A stretch of 64,000 nt of DNA. Origin: Azolla caroliniana. Taxonomy: Eukaryota > Plantae > Polypodiophyta. Under the pieces are notes generated by a model. It worked only from the letters and a program-made list of their open reading frames with translations, was not told where the DNA came from and ran no database searches. Where the stretch lies: NCBI GenBank assembly GCA_043228905.1, contig JBHGNT010000017.1:2728001-2792000 (forward strand), given 5' to 3'. Each line of letters opens with the position of its first letter. Within the stretch, counting starts at the first letter, position 1. Positions 21,522 to 32,300 of the stretch are shown piece by piece. Both the position numbers and the translations under genes were made by a program.

Positions 21522-24500
21522 GTGTTCCTAGCCCAAGTCATTGTTAGTACTAAAAGTACTCCCCCAGTACCCGTCCTAGCACTCTTAGATTCTGGAGCTA
21601 ATTCCTGTTTCATGGATCGAAATTTTGCCCAAGCTTCTCAGATATCCCTAAGGAAACTTCCTTGTCCCGCATCTGTAGTAGTCATTGATGGTCGTCCCAT
21701 TGCTTCAGGGAATATTGTAGAAGAATCAGAACCCATTCAAGTTGTCCTAGGTAGTTTTGTGTGTGTAATATCATTTAATATAATTAGTAGTCCAGAGCAT
21801 CCCATTGTCCTAGGATTACCTTGGTTTGAATTACATAATCCAGCCATAGATTGGAGAACAAGAGAAGTCCGCTATCGACCACCCCAAGAATATACTCACC
21901 GAGTTTCGACCATTTCACTCCATCAATTACACGAAGAAGGACACAAGGAGGCAATGTTCCTATTTGCAATATCAGTACATCCTTCCAGCACTATTAAGAA
22001 GGACTCCTCAGTACAACTTCCGGCAAAATATCATCCTTATGCCGATGTATTTGACAAGGTAAAAGCCGGTACCCTTCCTCATCACCGTCCTTATGACTGT
22101 CCCATCGATTTACAACCAGGAACCGAGCCACCATGGGGACCAATTTACAACTTGTCACCCATCGAGTTAGAAGTCCTTCGAGCCAACATAGAGGAGAACT
22201 TGGCAAGCGGGTTCATCCGTCATTCGAAATCTCTGGCCGGTGCACCCATCTTCTTTGTCAAGAAGAAAGATGGCTCACTTCGTCTCGTCGTTGATTACCG
22301 CGGATTGAATAAGGTCACCATCCGGAATAGGTATGCACTTCCTCTTATATCAAGTCTTTTGGAGCGAGTTAATGGTGCCAAGTTTTTTACCAAAATCGAT
22401 CTATGAGAAGCGTATAACCTCGTGCGGATCCGACCGGGAGATGAATGGAAGACCGCCTTTCGCACACGGTATGGGCATTTCGAGTATACCGTTATGCCGT
22501 TCGGCCTAACCAATGCACTCGCAGTCTTCCAACACATGGCAAATGATATATTCAGAGACCTCTTGGATATCTGTTTGATCATCTATATTGATGATCTATT
22601 GATTTATTCGAAGACCTAGCAAGAGCACGATTCTCATGTACTATTAGTACTAAAGCGACTCCGCGAGAATGGTCTTTATGCCAAGCTAGAAAAATGTAGC
22701 TTTGACTGCAAGCAAGTGGAATTTCTAGGCTACGTCATCTCCTCAAAGGGCATCGCCATGGATCCAACTAAAGTCCAAACTGTACTAGAGTGGCAAATTC
22801 CACGGTTGGTACGAGATGTACAATGTTTTCTAGGTTTTGCTAACTTCTACCGTAAGTTTATACAGGATTACTTGAAGATTATCTTACCCCTCACACAACT
22901 TACGAAGAAGGGCCAAGCATTTCTTTGGTCCATTGAAGCAGATATGGCTTTTTGGCATCTTAAGAAAGCCTTTACATCAGCACCGATTCTAGCTCATGTG
23001 GATACTAGCAAACCATTCATCATGGAGGCCGATGCTTCATATTTCGCCCTCGGTAGCATCCTTTCTCAACAAGGAGATAAAGAAGAGTTGCATCCGGTGG
23101 CTTTCTATTCCCGCAAATTCGATGTTGTGGAAATCAACTACGAAATACATGACAAGGAGTTATTAGCCATCGTGGATTCATTTGTGCAATGGCAACATTT
23201 CTTAGAGGGCTCTCCACATCAGGTCGTTGTCTTTAGTGATCATAAAAATCTTGCTTATTTCCAGAACGCTCGCGTACTAAATCGACGGCAAGCTCGGTGG
23301 GCGCAATTCCTCACGCGTTTCGACTTCAAAATCACATATCGACCGGGGAAGCAGCAAGGAAAAGCAGATGCACTATCACGGTGTTCATATCTTGCACCTC
23401 GTCCTGGTGATCCAACATTTGATAATCAAAAGCAAGTAATCTTGGGACCAACACGATTGCACACGACGCGGATTTTTCACACCCCGATGGATTCACGGAT
23501 TACCGACGACATACGTGCAAACTTGAAGACGGATAGTTTTGCTCAAAACATCTTGGCGCACATTGATACTTCTCGGGCATCCTGTTCTCAGTCTCAACAA
23601 CCAGGTATTGACTATCGACAATTCGAATATCATGATGGTTTGTTATTCTTTAAAAAGCGCGTATATGTCCCCGATTGCTCCTGTCGCCTTCAAATCGTCC
23701 AGCATTGTCACGACACCCATACGGCGGGACATTTCGGTAGTACTAAGACGTTGGAGCTAGTGCAACGATCTTTTTGGTGGCCCCACATGCGTTGTTTTGT
23801 CGACGACTACGTTCGGACCTGTGATGCTTGTTGCCGAGCAAAGATGCCACGACACCATCCATATGGCTTGTTGGAACCCTTACCGATTCCAAGTAAGCCG
23901 TGGCAATCTATTTGTCTTGATTTTATCACAAATCTGCCGGTCTCGCAGGGGTTCGATGCTATCTTAACCGTCGTCAATCGATATATGAAGATGGCACATT
24001 TTGTTCCGTGTACTAAGGCCATCACTAGCGAGGAAACCGCCGCCCTAGTCATGCGTGAGGTATTTCGGCATCATGGCCTCCCAGACAGTATCATCAGTGA
24101 CCGAGGACTGCAATTTGTCTCCAAATTTTGGCAGCATCTCTTCAAGATGCTCAAGGTCTCTTGCAACCTCTCCTCCGGCTACCATCCTCAGACCGATGGG
24201 CAGGCAGAATGAACAAACCAAACGTTGGAGCAATATCTCCGGTGTTTCCTGAGTTATCAACAAGACGATTGGGCCGAGATTCTCCACTTTGCGGAGTTTG
24301 CGTATAATAATGCTGTTCACTCCTCGACTCGAGTCTCCCCATTCTACGCTTATACCGGTTCTCATCCTCCCTGGTCGGTGATCGACACCCCGGAGCTACC
24401 TACCAATCCTCGTGCCGGGGATCATTTGGAGAGACTACGCAAGATCCAGATAGATCTTTCGACTCATCTTCGTCATGCTCAACAGACATAGAAGACTTAC

Positions 24501-24998
24501 GCGGATTGTCATCGGCTTCCCTCCTCTTTTGCCATCGGAGATCGAGTATGGCTCTTACGTCGTCACATCAAGACTACTCGACCGTGCGACAAGTTGGATT
24601 ATCGACGACTCAGTCCTTTCCTTATTACGGGTAAAGTTAATGATGTCACATTCCGCCTTGATCTCCCTCCGCAGCTTCAGATACATCCGGTTTTCCATTG
24701 TTCTCTTCTTGAACCTTATAAAGCAAACACCATTCCCGATCGTGTTACACCACCGCCGCCGCCGCTGGAGTTGGACGCCGGCCCAGAGTATGAAGTTGCT
24801 GCCATCCTCGATTCCAAACTTATTCGCAACAAACTTTATTATTTGGTCGATTGGGTTGGTTATAGTCCGAGCGAACGCAGTTGGGAACCTGTCGAGCATG
24901 TTGCCAATGCTCAGCATCTGCTTGCTGATTTCCACCGAAAGTATCCGGACAAACCCGGTCCGCAATCAGCGCCGACTCGTTCCACTCGTCGTCTTTAA
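21522..24998 (+). pseudogene. pol: Chromovirus pol (PR-RT-RH-IN-chromodomain) with in-frame stops
   Basis: Collinear ORFs 21522..22406, 22422..22619, 22716..24212, 24225..24491 and 24594..24998; YEVAAILDS..YLVDWVGY..SWEP chromodomain. Confidence 0.92.
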
Positions 24999-27900
24999 GG
25001 GGGAGATAGTGTCATGAGATAGCAAGACTCGAACCCATGACCTTATGGTATATGGGTCGAGCTCTTAACCATCACACCATCTATTGTAATTCATAAGATA
25101 TTATTTTCATTTATGTTTTATTATAAGAAAGTAATGTATATTCCATATTTCTCTGGAACATTCTAGAAGTTTCAGGATTACTCCTGACAACACTATAAAA
25201 GAAGGCACTAGGCATTATGTTGAACCAAATTGGTTCAATGCCAATCTTAAGCCTCTCAGTCGCTTTGTACTTATCTTTTCAAATAATATATTAGTTGTTG
25301 TCATCATCTTTCTCTCTCTCTCATCCTCGCTATCTCTCTCTCTCTCTCTCCACTTCTCACTTCCTCTCTCGGGAATCTTACGCAGTCCCGTCCTCTTAGT
25401 ACTAATAGTACTGCTCTTCTTAGTACTAATTCCATCTCTACTTTAGTACTATTCCTGATACTGTGAAGATCACCATCGGTTCGACGATCATCGGGTCCAC
25501 ACACCCAATCTCCTCCGGCGAGAACACGAAGGCTTTCCCATGCCTTCCGAGCATTCTCCGAAACCTGTCCTCCTCCGACGGCAGTAGGAAACCACCCCCA
25601 CCAACCTTGAGCTCCCGTAGCGTTATGTCGGTGAACCGGTGCCCTATGCCAGTTGGATTCCGTAAACTTGGGTCCGACGCGACCCCTTTTATCCGCCCCT
25701 CGCTGCCCTCGGAGGGCAAGGGTGCCACGATTGGCCTCACCTTCCGGTCCACAGTCTTGTACTTTGAATCCACGCGGGCCGTCTGATCCGACCCAATCCT
25801 TTCCCCAAAGTCCGCGATGACTTCGTACATTCCCATCGAACTAACCGGAACGGTCCGGTCTTCTCTAAGGTCTTCACCGATCACCTTTCGCAACTCGCCC
25901 AAGGTGTCGTCAAAAGAGACCGCCTCCACGGCGCCGCTGATCTATTCGTCGGGGGAGAGGACTCCCCATCCCCTGAGCCGCTCCTCCACTCACTTCCTTT
26001 CCCGGCCACTGACATTGGCTATAGTACAACCTCCGTTTTCGGAGAACCAAAACTTCCTACCTACTGTACATGTGTGGGGTTCTTCCAGTACGTCCGGACT
26101 ACCACAGCCCCACGCCTTGATAGCTCTCTCTAAAAATCCCCTCGGCTGTCGCCGCCGAGGGTCTCGCGATTCCTCTCATGGTTCGTTCATACGGTCATGA
26201 ATTGGACGGAATGCCGACCGTCCTGGCTTTTGACGAGCGCATACGCCGAACCGTTGTCCAGCACCTTCATCTCCATGTGTGCTGGCGTAATGTATGGTTC
26301 GCCGAGAATCACCGGGTGCGAGGATGTTTCCTGCACGAAGAAATGTTGATCTATCTCGACGTCACCGACCTTCACGCGTATATTCGGGCACGCACCATGC
26401 AGTTCCTATGTAGCATGCGTCGCCGCGCGTATCTTCCACCCATGCTTGGTGTTGATCGGCCATTTACCCTTCTTGTAGAAATCCATGGACATTAGGTTGA
26501 TTTCGGATCCATGGTGTACCAAGGCCACCACCTGTTCCGGAACGTCGCCGATCCGCACAGGGGTTTCCGTAGTTGCCTTGGCCCAATGCGGCTTCGCGTA
26601 GTGGCTTTCCGCCAACTCATCTCCTAGGGCCGTGTCTTCTAAGTGCGTAGTCCGCACCTCCACCGGCTTCTCCGGTTCTGGCTCCGTCGAGAGCCTCTTC
26701 TGCTTCACCAAGTCTATGATGGAGTCGTGGAACTCCCTCTTGGCGAATCCCAGCACCTCCCGCAACGACAACTCCACTTTACTGTCGAGGATCCGTTCTT
26801 CAAGGACCTTCCGTAGATCCGTTGCTCTCTCGATTTCGGTGCTCAACCGAAACCCCGCCTGCTTCTTTCCGTTTGGTGCGCATGGGTTGCCGGCACCGGT
26901 CGGTTTTGGTCCGAACCGGGTCTCGTACCTTTGCGGGGGACCGACCCCTCCGGCCTTTCCTGCCCGTTTATCTTCCGCCAGAACCTCGTAGTTCTGGCAA
27001 GCGGCTTTTATGAAGCCCGTTTTCTCTTCGACTGGATCGTCCCATCCGGTGACCTCTTGGACCCGCTGTTCCGCGCGGTCCGCCTCTTCCTTCTTCAGCT
27101 GAACTCCGAAGAGGCCTTCTAGCACTAGCGGCCAGAATCCGGAGTCCTTCGCCTTCCGGGTCTTATCACTCCCGACCCGAATTCCCGCAAACACTGAGTA
27201 GTTAACGGCTTCAACGTGCCGTGCCGCGACCTCTTCCATCAACCTCTTCATTCCGCCGCGCCTCGTATTTAGTTCTAGGGCTCTTCGGGTCTCGTTTGCG
27301 TGCACCCGCCCATTCCAGAGGTACACCACGTTGGTCCTGAGCACGTCGGCGAAATCCGTGCAATCCTTCCTAATGTGACCGATCGTGTCACACCACATGC
27401 ACCGTTGCCTAGCTGGCGGCCTCCGGTCGCGAGGTTGTTCGCCGCTGTCCCTCCGTGCCTGTGTGATCTGTAGGTCGCGCACCATCTGTGTCAGCTCCTC
27501 TAGAGCCGCTCCTCCGGATGGACCTCTGACCACGTCGTTCAATGCCGACCTCGACCCCAGCCAAATTCGGGTCTCTTCCTTCCTACCTCCTAGCACCGAT
27601 ATCGGCTCCTCGAGCCTCCTAGTTGGGACCGATCCTGACCCCGACGAGCTTTCGTCGCTCCAATCGCGCCGTTTGTCGAAACGGCTGCAGACCCGTTTTA
27701 CCACGGCCCAGTCTGCCATGAGCCCTTCGTCCGTTTCCAATAGGGGACCCACCTTTTCCCTGTCGAGCACGTCCACCGACTTGACAAACAGTAGTACTCG
27801 ACTCGTTTCGAGCACGGTCCAGTCCAGCGTCGACAACCGCACGAATCATTTTTCGAACTCCTGGAGGAGCCCCGACGTGTTCCTCCCTTTTCCGGGGCTT

Positions 27901-28360
27901 TCCACCCACGCCATGAAATCCCGCCTCGACAACCGAAGTGAGTCGTCAAACCCGTACTTCTCGAGGAGGTGCAGCTCGAACTCCTCCCAAATCTGGCATT
28001 TGGCCAACACCTCGAGCACTTCCACGTGGATGCTCGGCGTCACCACCCGAGGGAATCCGGATAGCCACCTGTTCCTCGGGATATCCCTCATGATCATTTC
28101 GGCCCGGTAAGCCTCCAAATAACTTGTGGCGTCTTTCCCTCCGAACCGGCCTATAGGGCCGACGATCGATTCAATGGCTCTATCGAGGGTACCCGTCCCC
28201 TCACGAGCGTTTACCAGCTAGTCGACGGCTACCGCCATCGCCTCTGCTAGCTCCGATCCGACTCCTTTCCCGCCTCTTCACGTCGGGTTCACCAAAGATG
28301 TCGCGTTGTTACGGGCGTGCGTGTAGAAAGAGGCGGGACCATGGGGGCCTTGAACCGAGG

Positions 28361-28408
<48 letters not shown>

Positions 28409-30149
28409 CTTGGAGATACGCAACAGGGAGAAGGAAAGAGAAACAAACGACACACTTAATTACAGTAATAGTAGATTACAATATTCAAAGATTGCAAACT
28501 CTGACGATTACAACTGGCAAGGTGGCGATGGACCCGACACGGGGATCCTACTCACGCACATAGATAGGACACACTCGACTCAAAGAAACAAAAAGGCGAG
28601 AGCCTCTATTGGAAGCGCACGGGCTGTCCACGAAGCAGAGGCAGCGAACTCCCGACCCCATAGAGACCGACTATCGGAGGAGAAGAGAGAGCTCGACACT
28701 CAGTTCTGCAACAACACTTCCTCTTCTCCAACGCGCAATCCCGTTCCTTCCTTCTCCCCCTCCCTAAATAGTTCCCCCCGAAAGGGGGTGCCCCTTTTCT
28801 CCATAGTCAAAACCGCTTTATTTCCTGTCCCTTTCGACAGAGATACACACAAAATCCCCTAATAAATGTGCACTACCTAGTATTTACATTAGTAGACATA
28901 ATTATGAATTATGTACAAAATATAAATTCACATGTCCATCCGTGTAAGAGCCGGTTCATGCGCCTTTTTCTCCGATTCCGCCTATGGCCGGTTTTCTTCA
29001 CGACATCGTGTTCCCCGCCTCTTTGTAGGCCTGTCTCTTCCTCCCTTCCGGATCAGATCCGGAAGTCCGCCCCGCCCGGTTACCATCTTGGTCCGACCGT
29101 CACTCCACGTTACCAGGTCCCGTTCTCTTGCCGCCACCGTTCTCTCCTATAGGACTCACGTTGGCACTCGGGCCGACCGCCGGATCGGTGTGAGGCGACC
29201 CATAGGACCGGTCTTCGTTCTCCACTACGTCCATTGTACTTCTCCCGAACTCGTCGGTGCTCTCCTTGATGTAATCCCCCCTCCATCTTCCATCTCTTTT
29301 GATCTCACGTTGCCACGGTGGCCGAACTGCCGAAGTCTCCGGTAAAGATGTGGGGACAACGATTTCGCAACGACTCCCGACGACTCATCCGGGGCCACGG
29401 GCCCTTTTAGTGGTGCCGGTGGATAACATCCGCTCTATGATCGATCAAGCCCCGCTTGGGCTTAACTCTCCAATGTCTGAAGTTTCAGCTCCGATGCCGA
29501 TCCTGCCGGACTCGTTCCATACCCTCGATCATCTTCCTTTCGATTCCCGACCTTCGCGCGGTCGGTCTCTCTTCCAATGTAAAAGAGGGCGGCTTGTTCC
29601 ACACCCTCTCCCGTTGTTGTGAAGATTTTCGGCAATGGTGTGAAAATCACATAAAACGTACAAAATCGAGTATGAATCACATAAAACAATAATAGTGAAG
29701 TATCTAAGTACAAAATGATGGAGGTCTTCAAGAGCTTTCAAATACACTTTATTACACGAGAAACAGACAACTAGATGTCAAGATATGAGAGTACAAAGTT
29801 TGTTAAAGGAAAAGAGAAAATTGTGAGATATCCCATATAGGCAGGACGAATAAGGCTCTCACCATATATAAGGTAGAGCAAAAGTTATTATCTTTGTGTC
29901 TATGTGTGGAGCATAGAGAGTTCAAGGTAACTTGAACTAAGAGTGGGGGTGGCCTAGCCACTTGTAAAGGTTTTGGCCAACCACAATCGGTCCGGCGGCA
30001 GCCGGCAAAGCGACGGTGGCACACCGGCAACCGATGATCCGACGAAGCCGGCGAGCTGGTGGAACTGACATCCGGCGGCGCATCGGCACCCGATGGCAGC
30101 CTCTGGTAACCGACGACATCCAACGGCATCCGGCGAACCGGCGTTAAAG

Positions 30150-30362
30150 TGTCGCTCCACGAATTGTATTTCGAGCGGAAGCCGAATTTGGCACACCTTC
30201 ATGTGCCGTATGAGAAGTGAAAGAAGATGGATGCCAAAGCTGAGAAGTCTATCTTGGTTTGCTACCTCGATGATTAGAAGGGGTACATGTGCTACAACCC
30301 TCGGTCGAAACAAGTCCGAGTTAGCTTCAATGTCATCTTTGACAAATCAACATCCTGGTAGT
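30150..30362 (+). pseudogene. Short copia integrase C-terminal fragment
   Basis: Manual translation gives HELYFERKPNLAHL..KKMDAKAEKSILV..CYNPRSKQVRVSFNVIFD, with stops and a frameshift. Confidence 0.72.
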
Positions 30363-30530
30363 TCTCATCACCTAAAACCGAGCCGATTGTTGTGGATGAG
30401 GCAACGGATTCCAAAACAGAAGGAAGGATAACTGATTCCGATAAACCAGATAGCCCGCCTTCCCTCCGGATCTGTGGACCGAAACCGGACTGGTTGGGCT
30501 GGAGAGGTCAACCGTCAACCGATCAGCTAG

Positions 30531-32040
30531 ATGTTTAGTCGTCTCCCTGCCACGGACCAAGTGCCGCTTGAGGAGGACAAGACTTTGTATTTCCTAAAAG
30601 CTGTGGATATGAAGGATAGACGAGAATTGGGGACTCTCCTCGAAGATGATACTCAAGTGAACGGGCTTGTGACAGACTGGGCTGCAGTGAAGAGAGCGTG
30701 CAACAAGATCGATAGGCGTCATCAATGGCTTGATGATATTGACTTGGTAAGGTCAAGTGTAGAAAAATCAAGACCATCTAAAGAAGTAGAGACGCCTAAA
30801 CAATGTATCCTACACGAAAAGAAGATTGATGATGACTTGAGGACGGAGAAGGCCACTTTGAGGAAGGATGAATGTTTCGGAACACGCGTCGTGTTCGAAA
30901 CATTGGATGATGAAAGAGCAAGCCTAATCGAAGCTTGCGTCAATGGAGATAAAGAGTGTGAGGCTAGCGTAATTGAGGATCTAGCCGCTAAAGACGACAT
31001 CAAGGAGGTGACTATGAACAAGTCAACAAGCGTCGAAAACGACCATGGCCAGATTTTCTCCACACTTGTTCCAGAGACTTGGGTAGTTGCGTCCAAGAAC
31101 CAACATGAGACCCAAGAGATGGAAGGTGTCGGAGAGGAGCCGAAGGTCGAAATGAATACATGCGACGAAGAGAGAAGCATAATCAAAGCTTGCTCGATCA
31201 AGAGGGTCAATGGGTACGAGGCCCATGAGATTGAAGAGATAGCCACAAAAAATGACATCGAGTCAAAGGTGGCTATGGAAGAATTAATGGCAAATGGCCG
31301 CGTCGAGGATTCCTTCACACAAGTTTCGGAGACATGGGCAGTTGTAGAGAGCCAACGTGAGACCCAAGAGATGGAAGGTGGTAGTAAGGGGAAGGACCAA
31401 GATGGTGTGCACAACATTGAGGTGAAGATAGATATGGACGAGTCAATGGTGAATGATGGCAGTGAGAAGACTTTCCCCACACTGGTTCCAGAGACTTGGG
31501 CAATTGCATCCGAGAACCAATAGAAGACCCAAGAGACAGAAGGTGGCAACAAGGGGGAGTTCAAATCTGATGTCAAAGATGACATCAAGACAAAGGTATC
31601 GAAGGCAATTGACCAAAGACAAACGGATTCCTTTGCACATGTTATAGAGACTTGGGCAGTTGTGGTTCAAAGCCAACGTGAGACCCAAGAGACAGAAGAT
31701 GATCGCGGGGAAGCGAAGGTCCAAGTTGTTGTAAATAATGATGTTGGGGAGTGGTCGAAAAATACATATGAATCTCTCCACACTCGTTCTGGAGACGTGG
31801 GTCTTAATCGATGAAAGACCCAAGAGAAGGACAATGACGAAGAAGAAGCAAGGGTTGAAGCTGATGTGTGGGAGGAAGAGGTTAACCAAAGCATAGAGAC
31901 AAAAGCCAATGTGTACAACAAAGAATCTGAGCAAAGTATGACAAGGGATGACGATGGCCAAGTGAGCCATCAGGATCCGAAGAATGTGATCAAAACATCT
32001 AGCAAAGACGCTAGTGTGAATATTTTTGAAATTCTAACAT
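30531..32040 (+). pseudogene. Gag-derived ORF with tandem acidic ETW..ETQE repeats
   Basis: The N-terminus (FLKAVDMKDRRELGTLLE..LVTDWAAVKRAC) aligns by eye with family W Gag (FVKSVDERDRSHVGALLE..LTADWAAVKRAC); open for 330 aa, and the repeats continue after the stop at 31521-31523. Confidence 0.78.
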
Positions 32041-32300
32041 GAGATTGTATCATGAAACTGGACAAAGTGAGAAATATAGAGCATGGTCACGTAAGGATCT
32101 CGAACTGGGCATGCACTTGAAGATACTACATGGGGTAGTCAATGTCATTATTCAGATAAAGGTTTGGGGAGAAAGACAGAAAACAAAAATGTGCGATGGG
32201 TCAAAGTGCATTGAGCAAGGAGATGATCAGGACAAAGGTGGAACATGCATAAAGCCTAAACAATTATGTTTGGAAGGAGAACAAGGGGCCATCACAACTG

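Larger units (their letters stand above)
20444..25460 (+). mobile_element. 5'-truncated Tcn1-like chromovirus with several premature stops
   Basis: Gag 20590..21429 (CLYCGGPRHIAINC), protease LLDSGA, RT YIDD, RNase H, integrase, chromodomain in ORF 24594..24998; PPT aagggggagatag; 3' LTR 25010-25460; the 5' LTR was lost together with the host RT. Confidence 0.92.
17860..29005 (-). mobile_element. Decayed family W element with internal deletions and nested insertions
   Basis: LTRs 17860-19251 (split by a solo LTR) and 28299-29005; TSD CCGT/TCGT; Trp PBS 28277-28294; PPT 19252-19265; gag pieces 26187-28118; pol pieces 25461-26140 and 19321-20443. Confidence 0.92.
16630..29614 (-). mobile_element. 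Internal region of the non-autonomous family W derivative (16630-17859 and 29006-29614), with degenerate tandem repeats and no recognisable pol
   Basis: Family W PPT and hairpin motif at 16630-16670; the repeat units at 17060-17760 recur at 29130-29350; 17790-17843 resembles 29560-29614; interrupted by the element at 17860-29005. Confidence 0.7.

Noticed and set aside
25021-25086. Functional tRNA gene
   Set aside because: A/B boxes are present, but no convincing acceptor stem or cloverleaf; kept only as a tRNA-like module
30722-31588. 288-aa Ser-rich minus-strand ORF
   Set aside because: Antisense shadow of the acidic repeat ORF, whose plus frame shows the Gag homology
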